Positions 1-13,700 of a stretch of 63,716 bases of DNA are shown here, piece after piece. Each line of letters starts with the position of its first letter. Positions within the stretch are counted from its first letter, which is position 1. The position numbers and the translations under genes are program-made. The stretch is from Phoronis australis (lineage: Eukaryota > Animalia > Phoronida). Under the pieces are notes generated by a model. That model searched no databases. It was not told the origin of the DNA and saw nothing but the letters and a program-made list of their open reading frames with translations. The stretch covers positions 662,911 to 726,626 of the forward strand of contig NMRA01000032.1 of NCBI GenBank assembly GCA_002633005.1, read 5' to 3'.

Positions 1-123
1 CACCAATTAAACCATGATCAAAGTCACGTTGATATAACCAACCAGTGTAAGTGGCATCTGTACATATAGGGACACCTAGACAATGAGCATTGTCTCTTCT
101 GGCACCAGCAGGTGGTATGACAT

Positions 124-569
124 CATATCGCCTGGCGTGCGCAGTGTGAAAATGGCAAGTTACCAATTGGAACTGATACGAGGGACTGGACGAAGAAAAA
201 GTTTGATAACGGTAGTATTTGTTCGAGTTGGAAGGAATTAAATACATCAACGACCTCCTAAGGTGTCCCTCTATGCCCAAAAGGTATTTATAACAATGTG
301 ACTTTGATGTTGTAGTCAGTGCGAGGCATAATTCGCTGAAAAGCTTCCGACATATGAAACGCCTATAGGAGCTACACCGTCCTACTGGCAGTACCAGTAG
401 GATGATGGTCACTGTCTAAGGGACACCTTCTTAGGAGGCCGTCGATGTCCTTTAATTCCTTCCAACTTGAACAAATACTTCTGTGATTAAACTTTTTTCG
501 AGCAGTTCTTCGTTCAGCTGCTCATATCGGCATCTGGCTGTTTTTTAACTGCTCGCGCCACGGGATATA
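124..569. mobile_element. Foldback/MITE-like element with about 150-bp imperfect inverted arms
   Basis: agtatttgttcgagttggaaggaattaaa...cctcctaaggtgtccct (213-270) is the reverse complement of agggacacc...aggaggcc...tttaattccttccaacttgaacaaatact (419-479); weaker match extends outward. Confidence 0.7.
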
Positions 570-1673
570 ACATCTGAAACAGAAGTTAAATTGCTCACCA
601 TGTATAATTTGTTCATAAAAATTTTGAATTTCTGTTGATGTCAGAGCATTTTTGCTTTAGTTTCAAATTGCAATGAAACGATCTGTCGATTGCTAGGCAC
701 TTTGTTGATTTTCTCCCATGCTGAAAAAACCCTCTCATTTTGTATGGCAAGACATTGGCGTAGCACATTTCCATTGTGTGGAAAGTGTGACCTATGACCT
801 TTGATGTAAACAAAACAATGGCCATTTCAAGCAGCAGTCAGTCTGACTTCTTTGAGTTGACCGCATCCGCACATATTATTAGGGGTGGAAAATTTAAAAA
901 CAGTATTGGTATGAAATGGTTTTTATTTCATCTCTGTTTCAAAAATAGTGAATCGTTTTTTCTAGAAATTCTTGCTATATTCAGGTGAATAATTCTCACA
1001 TTAGCATCCCCAAGCATAAGATTCGCCAAGATCTGTTTATATTTTTTTATGAGTTTTCGCATTCCATGCCTCTGTAAAATATAGTTTTTGGTCTAATAAT
1101 GTACTTGCATGGACACAGGGCTGTCACCATAGACCACTGGACACAGTATTTCTGATGCCCCTACCAACATGACTGCGTGTAGTAATAAAACATGTGTTCC
1201 ATTCCGGTGTATTTATCCGTAGGCCTAGTGGTGTTTCAACAACATTACGATGTTTGAACACTGTAATGCGTGTCTTTCAAAACATGAATTCAGCAAAGAA
1301 TTAACAATCAGCCAGTAGTTCTTTCTGACAGCTTCCTTCATTCATTAAAAAAATCTTTATGTAGCATTTTGGCAACAACAATGGCTAACAATTTCGTCAT
1401 TGAAAGAAGGATCTTATTAGAAAGAAGTTTTGATTGCCGGAGTATTTGTTTGAATTGGAAAGATTTAAGAACACTGGCAGCTTCCAAAGATATTTCTACA
1501 CACAAAACATGGTTGGCGGTGGGCCAGAAATGTTGGCAGCTTGTGAGCAAAAGCTGGGGAACTCTTACAAAAACAGTACAAAAATGAAGCATACAAAACT
1601 TTCAAAAGATGCTCGTTTTCGTATTCTATATGTTGTTCTTCAGGGGTGACTGTTCATTTTTTTCTTGCAGGTC

Positions 1674-1752
1674 ATGAGTAAAAAACAGTCCACTCTTTTC
1701 CAAAGCTGGACCAACTCTTCCAATAAGGGTTCATCATCCCATCCAGCAACAG
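1674..1752 (+). CDS. FANCM: FANCM coding exon 1 ([12 protein letters not shown]..., PIP-like box)
   Basis: ttcttgcag acceptor at 1669-70 (implies an upstream UTR exon), ATG at 1674, donor gtatgt at 1753; resembles human MSGRQRTLFQTW. Confidence 0.85.
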
Positions 1753-4700
1753 GTATGTAAAACTACCTTTTGCTATAATACTGGTAATGTGAGTCTGCGT
1801 GGGTACGTTGGGAGTTACTCCTGTATTCATGGCCTTGTTGCAGAATGTATGCTGACTTCGCTTTGGAAGGCTGAAATGCAGTTTGAAAATTACCCCTTAA
1901 GAGTTATGTTATTCTTTGTACATTTGCAGATGCATTGGTCAAGGTTATGTAGGATTCTAGAGAAATATTTAGGTCTGGTTAACTTCGGACCATCCAGTCT
2001 CAGAAATGGCTGATTGGGTTCATAAGAAATTCTCAAGTACAGTGCTTTGTGCACTGCTCTCCAAAATGCTGTTAGAATGTTTTTATAATGTTCTGCTTGG
2101 CTATCAAAAAGTAGGACTTCCATTGGAAGGGTTAGGCACATTTCTCTCTGCTAGACCACCTGGTCATCCTATGTGAAGTGCAAAAGTGGAGCCAAGGCTT
2201 TTTTGTCGGTAAATCTCTGAACCAGTACCAAATAGAGTTTTGTGCCAGGATCCTTTATATCAAAACTATATGTCAGCCAAAGGTTTTTGTCTCTTTGTGT
2301 TTCAGGAGATATCATTGACCTCAGTGATGAGGATGATGGTGATGATCTACTTTTGGCCATGGCTATGGAGGAAAGTTTGCGAAGTGTTGAAACCGAGGCC
2401 AAGAACTCCCCTTCTTTGGCCGCTGAAGATTCTAATGCTTTACCACCTTCTAAGCCAGCCACAAGTTGTCTGTTCAAAACATATAATGCAAATCAGAGAA
2501 GTGCAAGTGATGTGAAAAGTAATATGAAGGTACCGCATAGCAGTAATCAAGGTGAACAGTCGTATTGTAATGCACCGATTGTGACCAATCAAGTCATTTC
2601 ACCATCCAGTCACGACGATCAGTTCCCAACCAATTTTGACACATTATTGCCGAACAAAGAAACAAATGCGCTGAATCTGAGCATAGGGCATGATGACGTT
2701 ATCCCGAGCTCTGCGTGTGTGGACACCACGCAAATTGAAGACTTGCCCGGCTTCGATAAACACGCGGGTAAATTGTGGATATATCCGACCAACCTCCCCG
2801 TCCGCGACTACCAGTACAACATTGTGCAGCAGGCCATTTTCAAGAACACCCTGGTGACCCTCCCAACTGGCTTGGGTAAGACGTTCATCGCTGCCGTCGT
2901 TATGTACAACTTCTACTGCTGGTATCCTCAAGGGAAAATTGTGTTTATGGCCCCCACGAAGCCACTAGTCGCACAGCAGATTGAGGCCTGCTACAACATA
3001 ATGGGAATACCACAGAGAGACACTGCTGAGATGACAGGTATGCCAAAATTACAGAAAAAGGACACAAATACCAAGAATTATGTGTATTTTAGTAGGCAGT
3101 GTTCTTTGTTTGGAAATCCAGCTGCAATGGAATGGTTCATTAGTTAAAATCCATGTACGGCTTTAAATAAGATCATGTTAAATGTTCAGATCACAGTATC
3201 ATTCGGTATGAACAAAAAGTATTAGGACAAAATGGCCCGTTCATTATGACTGGGCAGAAGCCGAATTCATGGTCAGCGTAGTCTTCCCTCATGACCGAGA
3301 ATGAAGGGGAATTAAACGGGAAAGTTCGTCAAGTGGTTAATCCATTTTGTACTTAGAATTTTGCTGCCGTAATTATAGTTATTACTATTCATCTGTACTC
3401 AGGTGGTCATGAGGGGTAAACAGTATTTTGTCTGTCAGATTACTTTTGTCTTGGACTGTTCTTAATAAGCCAAACGCAGTGCCAGTTTGATGCCAGGGTC
3501 ACAAGAGAAGAAAGCATTCTTCAACTGGATTACATTGCCTTCATACATTGCAGACATTCTTGATACGCACCAAATCTTTGTCATTCCTTGCAGGTACCAT
3601 GGCACCAGACAAGAGAGCAGTTGCTTGGCAACAGAAGCGCGTGTTCTTTCTCACCCCTCAAGTGCTCGTCAACGACTTGACTCGAGGCTTGTGTCCAGCA
3701 GACTACGTCAAGTGTGTGGTCGTTGACGAGGCTCATAAAGCTCTTGGCAACCACGCTTACTGTCAGGTGACTAGAATGCATTCTCCAGAAATCATAATAA
3801 AGCAGATAAAGCGGTCTTGACATGTTTTGCGGTTTCTTTGACCTACCCTCACTCCTCCGATGTGGTTAGGATGCTGGATAAATTATTTTATTTAAATTAT
3901 GCTTTTCATCGTCATGGTATACTTAGTATTTTGAAAAACTATTTTCTATAGTCACAAATGAAATGCTTTTGAGTTGTTGATATATTTTATGGGGGGGAAA
4001 CAATCTTTATTTTAATTTTACCTCTAAGAAAGATATTACTGATGAAGCAATCTCTTAAAAGACAGTCGTGTGGGTAAAACATTGAAAAGTACCCACGTTG
4101 TAGCCATCCCGCTGGGCATAACTGCACGACCCGTCATCAGTGGTGTAATATTATTGGAGCAAAGTTGCCGAGTTAACGCTTCATGCATGTAACTTGCTAA
4201 GTGGCATCTTGGTGTAGTTAGCTTTATTGTGTTACGTCACTGGTGAAGGGTGGTCCTGTGAATTTTACGCAGTAGAAACTCACCATTTAAGGAAGCAATA
4301 TGGCAGACGGGTAGAATGTATTTTCTCATTTTTTACATTACGCAGTATCAGTGACACTATTTTGCTATGCCTTGTAAGAGCCCCTTGAAAATGGAAATGA
4401 CAATTAAAATTTGTCATTTTTTGATCCTAACTTGTTAAGATTTTGTCATTAGATATTGCACTAACGCAACTTTTTTACTTCAGTAGACATTCTTTGTGAC
4501 TGGTCACTTGCGAATATTGCTAGGTTTCACAAGTTTGTGAAGTATGCAGTGCATGCTTTTGAACAATGTATCTCTGCTGAACCCCTGATTTTGTAGCTTC
4601 TCGCTTTAAATGCCAGGGCAGTAAACCAAATATTAAATGAAATTTCTTGTAGGTCATAAGCGAGCTGGTCAAGTATTCTCGTGACTTTCGGGTTCTTGCT

Positions 4701-7700
4701 CTCAGTGCTACTCCCGGTAGTGACATCAAGGTAAGTCACTCAATCCACCTGTAAAAGAGTTTAGGCATGTCGTTGATGTCATGGTTTTAGTCTGAAGTCT
4801 TGTCCACCTTGTGTTCTTGAAATGTAGGCCTTAGACATCTAGGTCAAGGACATTTGGCAATGCCTTTTCAATACAAACGAGATGCTGCAGCTAGTGTAAA
4901 TTTGACCGTAGACCTTATTGCTGAACGACCATCTTAGTTTTACGACTTGAATGAACTTTAAGATACGCCAGTCTTAGCTATGACTGACTTTATGGTCCCT
5001 GGCTCTTTGATGTTGAGAAAATAGTTAAATTTTGGTACTTGCAGGCGTTTTAAATGAAACTGACTTTGAAGTTCCAGAGGATCTATACTATGTCGCTGGT
5101 GCTGTTCAATGTGAAAAGAAATCCAAAGAATATCCAAAATTGATCTATTTGACAAATATGCAGTGACTTTATGTTGTGCAAAGTACGCCACTTGATGGTG
5201 TGTTTTCACAGAATGAACACGAGTACACTAAATTTGTCGTAGACCTAGAAAACAAGTGACAGTTAAGTAATTTTCACTTTTGCAGGAGATTATGGGCTTT
5301 CCATTGAAACATTTCAATCCATGTTACCACATGATAAAACATTGATGAGCACAATGCCACCACAACCTCATGAGGGGCCAGCCATAGAATTTCAGGTGGT
5401 TAGGATCAGTGCAGAAATGTCCCTGCATGTCTTTTGGGAATAGACTGGTCAATATACACTCAAACGTTTAATTAGCTAGCTAGGCACAACATTTATTAAC
5501 CTACCTGAGCACTGGGAAGTGTCAAAGAAAAACACCGCCACCATTGTCATGGCTGGTGTCGTAAACTGGTACTGTGTACACAGTACGTTAAGTGTTACGA
5601 TTATAGAAAAGTCTGAAAGGTGTGGTCATTTCAATAATTCTTGATCCATACCCAAGAATTTGTCATATTGTGTTAAAAATAAACATTTATTGTACAGGCA
5701 TGCAGGTAACCAGTTAATCAGCTGGCTTCAAATTTTACGAAATTTTCAGTCCACATGATTTGTTAATTGACCTTTTTACTGATAACAAAAACCAGCACTT
5801 GCGATTCCTAGAGTGTAGATTTCTAGTATAATTCAAGTCTTCCATTCCATGCATTTTCAAGGACGTGTAACACAAGCGATCGTCTACTCGTTAAGCTGGT
5901 TGTTGTTATTGGACAGAAGTTGTCTCATTTAGTCGATATGGTAAAGTGAACTTCGAACTATGGAGGTCATTATGAAATGACCTCCATAGGTCATACTTTA
6001 TTACATCTCTGCTTTGGATGAGTGGTATCCCACAATTCTTTGTAGTACATGGCAAATCACACTTTCTGTAAAAAGGTCAGTTGAATTTAAACTCTTCCTG
6101 TTTCGTTAACTATGTGGAACATGCCACAATTTATGTATTGTTTCAATTCATCTCCAGTCTGTTCAAAAAGTACTAGACAATCTTCTCATCTCCCACATCG
6201 AGCTGCGCACCGAAGACTGTCTTGATATCAAGCGGTATGTCCATGAACGAAAGGTGGAAAAGATTGTGATAAAGCTGGACAATGACTTAAAACAGATCAA
6301 GGCAAAGTATGTTCAGGTACGAGCCTGTGTTGTTGAGTGTGTTATAAATTTTTTATTTAATGAAAAAAGTGGAAGCGCTCAGAGGAGTAATACTTGGCAA
6401 AACGGATTGAAAAACTTTGAAAAAGTGGACAATTAAAGCAGAAACACCTATGGTGACGACCAGAAACTCTTATGGTGACGACGGCCGTGATACTAAAGAA
6501 GATTGAGACATAGCTGATAACAGTGGCACTAACAACAACATCGACAATGACGTCAGCAACACAACGACACTGAAGCAGACTTGTTAACAATGACGACGCA
6601 ACACTGCCAATGAGAGTGACGTCGCTGCCAGTGACAACAACGCTGCCTACACCGAACATGACAACTACTATGATGCTACTGCCAATGACGACAGCAATGT
6701 TTACACAACATCGGCGAGACGGAAGCACCCGGTGGCTGACTAACTCTCTTGTGGCATTACCTTAAGTGCACTGAATACTTGTAAAGAAATGAAAAGTTGC
6801 ATGTAATAAAAATGAAATGATGTATTAGAAAACTGTAGCAGCGTTTTTGAGATTTTATCTTGAGCATTGATATGAAACAAAGTTTTGTTGTCTTATTGAT
6901 AGCGTTCTTCTGCTGTGAAATGTGCTTTTTTCATCCCTTACTGAATTTTATTGAAAATCGGTCATATGGCAGGATTCATAGCAGGCAAAAACAAATTATG
7001 CAGTCTTTCTACTTTCAGAAAATTGCTTTCTCTGAGTTAAAATCTATAGGTTTGTGTCGATCAGGGCTTGAAATTTTCCGCGGAAACGCGGATTTCCGCT
7101 TTTTTCAAATGTTCTGTCCACGCATTTTATTATATTTCCGCGTAAAAAAAATCGGATTTGATATAAAATTTCTGCGGCAAATTCCTCTCTTACCGCGGCG
7201 GCTGATGACGTTCACCTCGAAAAGCAGAAGTTGCTTTTTATGTTTCGGAGGAACGTATATTGTCAACATTGCCGGGGCATAGCGTGGTGGGATTTTCAAT
7301 GGCGTCTCGTGTGATTGTAAACCGCGATGACAAATACTACGGCTCTGCAGCCAAAAATGTGTGGGGTGGGAGTGGAGGAGTGGATGGACGAGATAAAAAG
7401 ACGCAGACGCATGCTACTGATGGTGGTAACGTTTTTTTTTAGTCCTACCGATTTTTGTCGGTGCAAGGTGCACATCGACTATTTCAAGGCTGGATAGCGA
7501 GCGTGTTTCAGGCCGTAAAAGTTTCCGCGTTTTTTGTCATTGGTCATTCCAAGCCGTGGTCGATAAGGTCTTACATAACCTTAGCAACACATGTCTCAAG
7601 GTACACTTGCTATCGAAATATTCTTTTAATCTGTGGGTGATTCATGCTACATTCAATACATGGTGTGGTTGAAGGAGTATTACCATAATGCAGCCACATA

Positions 7701-10700
7701 GCTTTTAGATAATACAATAAGAGTCAGAATGTCATCCTGAGAAGTTGTGTTTTACAGATACTCGAACATATTGTTCAACGCCTCACCAGGTTCCACGTCC
7801 TTCCCTCTAGAGGTGTCGAGTCACTATCCAAGTTTCAAATTCTACAGGCACGGAACCAGTTCAGACAAAACCCACCCCACAATTTGCAGGTAGGCATGGG
7901 TAAAGGTTCTTAATTTGTTGAATTTATCCAGTTCCATTTGCAAACTAGATGTTGTTCTGAGTTGATAGCTCACTGCGAGATTTTGGTAACCCACGGTCTC
8001 GCATTCACAGCATTATTAGAAGACCTTCAAAAATGAAAAAAGGTACATTTTGGCAGTAATTTTGTCCAGGTGAGATTTACCATTACTGTGAATAACTGGC
8101 TGGTTACACATTCCGACTCTGAAGGTGAGACAAGTCTGTTTAACACTGAGAATATATTGTACTAGTTTGGTAATAGTAACTTACAAGTGTCCCAGATTTT
8201 GAGAACCAGTTCGAGACCTGTTATTGGTTGTCAATTGGGTGCGGGACCCCCTCAAGTGACTCTTACAAATTAATATTCTTTTATTTACTGAAACATTGAC
8301 TTATCTCGTGTGATTTTCAAGATAGGTGTCATTTGTGACTTGTGCGTTAATATCAATTCTTAATTTACTGATGACTAGTTGTGTGCCCCCATATAGATGT
8401 GTAGGCGCATTGTGCTGTCGTCTCCGTCTGTCCGGTGTCCGTCTGGCATCTGCTGCAGTATTTCCAAAAACCATGAAGGATACTTAAATTTGCCAACATG
8501 GACGGGACGGCACGAGCAAATATTCTGATGGATTTGACTTTTTCTGTGTCCCCTAGTGTAGGATTTGACTATTTCTGTGTCCCCTAGTGTAGTGTTCATG
8601 TGGTCAAATACATTACGTGGCACTTTTTGTCTTTTATGGTAGACTCTATATTTTCCGAGTTCTACAGATTCTCATAAAATTTGGGAAACTGGTTAATGTT
8701 ATGGAGACAGTGACACTTTTCTATTTTGGACAAATTCTATGTAATCTACCTAGGGGCATTTGTTTTGTTGAACCTCAGTGTCTGCCAAGTTCCTTGATGG
8801 ATCCTCGTGAAATTTGGAGTTTGTGCTCTAAGTGAGGAGAGCACAGCTGGACAAGTGCGATTACTGTGGTTTCCTCCAGTGAAAATTTAGGCATTCTTTG
8901 TGTATGCCTCTCTATCTTAAATGGATATTCGCATAATTTAGCTTATAAGTTTCTATCAAGAAGAAAATTACAGCACCTGCCTTGTTTCTGGTGGATTTTA
9001 CCTATGCTATATCGCCTAGTGACTTTATTAACATTTTTTGTCATTTTTATCTGCCTCCCTGTCCTCCAAACAGCTTGAAGAAATTCTTATGAAATGCAGT
9101 AGCTTTGTTCCTATGGAAGAGATCATAGCTGACATTGATTTTCAGGTGGATCAGACTAATGTGGTGTCCCCTTGTGACAATTTTAGTTTTCTTTGTCTGC
9201 ATCGATATCCACTAAGTTCTTTGATGTACTTTATGAAATTTAACAGACGAGATCCTACTGAGAGCACCGATGACATTCATTTTCAGACAGACGTGCCTAC
9301 TGTGTTGCCCCCTTGTAGTGGCAATTCTATTGCACCTGCCTCAATATCTACAGTTTCTCGATGGGTCATCATGATGTTTGGAATGTGTGAGGACAGCACG
9401 GCTGTCATTGCTCATTTTAGTGAGAATGATAAAAAAACTTACCATCCCTTATTTGTGTGTTGTATGCGATTCATGTAGGCGCATATCAGTCTTTGTTTTA
9501 AAAGTTGTCATAATTATAACTGACATGTTTGTAGGGGTTGAAGATTGGTTTTCTTCAATATTTTTTTAGAAAATAGGAATGTTAATGTAGGCTTTAGCTA
9601 TTAAGAAATCTTATGAATTCATTGCTTTGACTAAGGAAATGCAAATACTTAATGGAATATCCAATGACATTGTCATTTTTATTAAATTTTTGTCCTGAAA
9701 AATATGTAGCATTAGGCAAAGAACACTGATTTCGTTTTCTGTGAAATGTTCTGGAATTCCGTGGTCAGCATAGACACTCATTCAAACAATAGGTCAATTC
9801 TTTGTCAAGGAAAAAGTTGACCATTACATATTGTATCAGTTAGTTAGACACACTGTCTCTCAATTAAAACTGAAGGTCGATTTTGACAAGTGAGCGTTGT
9901 CTCATTTTCAGCGTTTTCAAATGGGGGCAATAGAGGGAGACTTTGCCTTGTGCATGAGTCTTTATCATGGCTTTGAGTTACTCCAGCTTCATGGGCTACG
10001 GTCACTGTACAACTACCTGGACAGTCTGGTGAATGGTGACAAGGGGTTTGGTCGCACACGGTCCGAGCTTGTGCGGAACGACACTTTTAATGATATCATG
10101 AACTTCCTGCAGGACAAGTACGGCAAAAAGTAAGTGCAGTGAAATTTTGCGCACTTTTCATTTTTATGTGCCCACATATTTATATGTGGACGCATTATGC
10201 CTTCGTCTCCGTCTGTCCGTCCGTCCGGCGTCCGTCCGCTTCCAAAACGCCTTGACGCTGTTCTTTGCTACAATTTCTTGCGTCAACCCCCGCCTGACAG
10301 TGTGAATTTTCGCTTCCATATTCCCTTTTTAGCCATCCAGAATAATTTTGTTTCTACATTGGCCAGTTTCAGCCTGAACAAACTTCTTACCATTTGAGCC
10401 TGAAATATCTACGACGCAGACTGACTGAAAATTGGCGATAGTTGGTAGGAGGTGCACGCAGCTAGCTACGGGCATGGCACACTCGGGCCTAGGGAACATT
10501 GAGCCGGAAAATATGAAGTAGACTTGACATCGCAGTTTTGGGGGACATTGGAACGGAGGAATATCGTAAAGCACTGGGTCTTTCCTAACAACAGCTTAAA
10601 AGCACAGCGTTACGCCAGTTTCTTTTACTTAGGACTGTTGCTGTTCTCTTTTGATGTCTGACTTTTTTAGTGGTGCACGTGCCTAAGTTCCCACACCGAG

Positions 10701-13700
10701 TGCATGTTACCTTGACACCAACACGTGATTGACAGGTTACTCATATGTAGGCCCTACGTGCGTGCTGAATCCCGCTGCTATCTTTGGTCATTAAAAACGA
10801 GACGCATATTGAAAGAAGCCAATATATTACTTGACAGCCTTTCCAAGTCAAGATTGCCTGTCGAGACATTGCGCGCAAGCAGCGAGACCGACCAATGCCG
10901 CCGTGCGATAGTGTAGGTGATATTATAATAGGCTATAATCTGGACATTTGCATGTAAAATAAATGTGTTTTCCACCACGACGTTGGATAAGGTGGTCGTT
11001 TAAGAATTAATTGAAACATCGCTATGGGATGTGAAAATGTTATTGAGTCATGGAGTGCTGAATATAAACATTCCAAACACAAAACACCTGGATTAGTTTT
11101 TCAAACTTTATTACATCTAATTTAAAACTGCTCTCTGACTCGGAACTTGACAGCGACAGCTACCACGGGACTGTAACCTTGGTGTCAGCTGTGACCTCTG
11201 CAACAACGTGAAGCTTGCACGCGCGCACTTATGCGGTGTCACCGCTTGCAATCCAAGTGGAGCGCTGCGTGGTCAGTGGTCGTCTGCACACTACAGTTCT
11301 AACAAACTGACAAGACCACAGGATGGCACAGGTCTATTACTCAGCAATTTTTTAAAATTTAATTGCGAATGACTAATCTGAGGGCAACAGAACCTTTGTT
11401 GGGATCATCCGCTGTTATGAAGTTTTTACCGTCATTTGGCGACGTGACGATAAAGCTCTTTGAAAAGTGCTACGCGTTCCGAGTACGTGTGCCGTGTGGG
11501 GACTAATAAATCACAAGGTAAGATTAACCACCCAGGGCGGTTGTCTGTCGTAATAAGTGCCCATGTTCGGTTAACCGCCCACCCTGGATTTCTTGAAATT
11601 TCACGTTTAAGCGCCCATGTCTGGTTAACCGGCCACCCCCGATTTTTTGGCTTTGCCAATTTAACCGCCCAGGGCGTTAACCCGAACGTTTACGGTACAT
11701 ACCAGATAGGGAATCTTACAAGTGTCTCTGGTTTATGGCATGGAAATTTCGTCAAAATCCGGAGGCTTGCCGAGGGATTTTGACGAAATCTCCAAGAGGT
11801 TTTGTCCATGTCATAAACCTGAGACGAGTGTAGGATTTGTTTTCTCACATGAACCGTAAAAACGTTCTTTTTGCCGAAAAACTTTGCGGTGTCTAGAACT
11901 TTCAACCACATGACGCAAGTTTTGTAAAAACACGCTTGGGCAATGCAAAGTAAACATTACTTTTTGTTAATAATTTTGTTTAAACTTCACAATTGATTGT
12001 AAATTGTATTTAGCTTTGGTAACAAACATTAAAGGTAGAATCTTATAAATATTCTTTGGCGTTGTAACATTAAAACTTAACAAATGTTTATAAATAACAG
12101 TCAGCAGGGATTCCCTGCGTGAGCACTGAACTGACCTTAAGACAGCACAGCTGGTCAATCTCAGTTCGTGATATGCTAAGTTGGGGCTTCAGGTTATGGT
12201 TCGTCTCTGTTTGAATGAACATGGATGAGGAATTCGCTGTCGAAGACGGATCCGTTAAGAAGTTGTTTGCATGTCCTTCCGACTGGGAGTACGTGCATGT
12301 ACTGTGTTGTAATGACTTGGTTAGGGTCGCAGTCGATGTACTGGCTTGACTGCCAGTTGTTACACTTATACATTTTTCCGTTTCAGCTCATTTTGTTAGT
12401 CTGGCTTCATGTATGTTAAAAGAAAAATCTGTCCCATTTTTTTCTTACCGTGTACCTTGCACAGTGATTACAGTTGCGACACCTGATTTGTCAATCATAA
12501 CCTTGTCTCCTTCATGGAATTCCGGCATTTTTTGGTTGTTGGTATTATTGATATTTTGCAGATGACAAAATGTAAGGCGTATGGATTTTTACTTCGTACT
12601 ATTTTGTGATTCGCCCATGTAATATCAAAAATAGTATGTACTCGCTGTTATTAACCAGTCGTGTCGTAACACATTCCAGGTCATGTGAGATAATACACAT
12701 TTGAACAATTTAATCCTCACAATTTATTGTTTCTGTCTTACATACAGAAGCTAACTATATGTATATAATTCATTGTATTAGCTATTCAATTATCTGCGCA
12801 ACTTAAAAATAGATGTACTTAACAAAAAGCAACTGAATGAATTATGCTATATGTTGAAAAGTGTATCTTCATAATTCACAAGCTATCATTTTTCTCACAT
12901 TCAATTATTTTTCATATAAATAATCTTCAAATACTATAAGAAGAAAAGTTCCATGGGCAGTATCCAATCCTTCTGATTTTGAGGAAACCTTGTTGATTGG
13001 AGTTGGTTACACTTCTCTTGCTGTCATGCTGGTGTCTGAGTCACAAATCAACTATTTATCCACATGAGGTCTAGTGTATTGTGAAAATAAGGAATCCAGT
13101 TGTTGTTTTATGTGTTTGGTTAAACTGAAAATTGTAGTGAGCGATTTGGACCACGCCAATGAATCATTGCCACTTAATGCTCTGTGGTAGCAGAAAAAAT
13201 CACATTCGTTGCCTACCCAAAAACTTGAAGAAAAGAACAAAAAGTGCTAACATGACCCATATGTTCTCCAAACAGATTGTAGATTTGAGGCCCTGTGGGT
13301 CGACCGACCCATAGCCACCCTTTCTAAAATTATCTTTGGCTGTTGAAGAAGGTTTTGATAATCTTATCTTTCTGAATTTGAGAAATGATGGCTTGTAGGA
13401 TGAGATAAATCTTCTATGATAGCCGTTGCATTCTTTACATGGTACTCAGAGTTAATCTGTTTTACAGTATGTCAATTGTCATTATCTTGTTGTAGCAAAC
13501 ACTTCCTTAGTCATAGCAACGAAGTGGACCTAATGTGTAGAAGATATATTCATAGGGGGCATTCAAGTCTCCAAATGCCATCTTCGTAACTGGCAGTGTG
13601 TTTCGATCAGTCAGCAATCCGCTGTCTGAACGCCATGTTTTGTCATTAGCGTCACAGTTACACTTCCTGTTGGGCTTGTCACATGTGTTGGTCATTCCAC

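Noticed and set aside
6357-6728. 123-aa Val-rich ORF that looks like a membrane protein
   Set aside because: It is the translation of a degenerate trinucleotide tract, with no splice or family support.
12090-12390. About 100-codon stop-free Ser/Thr-rich frame on the - strand, considered as a third nested exon or transposase relic
   Set aside because: No convincing splice sites or early start, and no recognisable motif.
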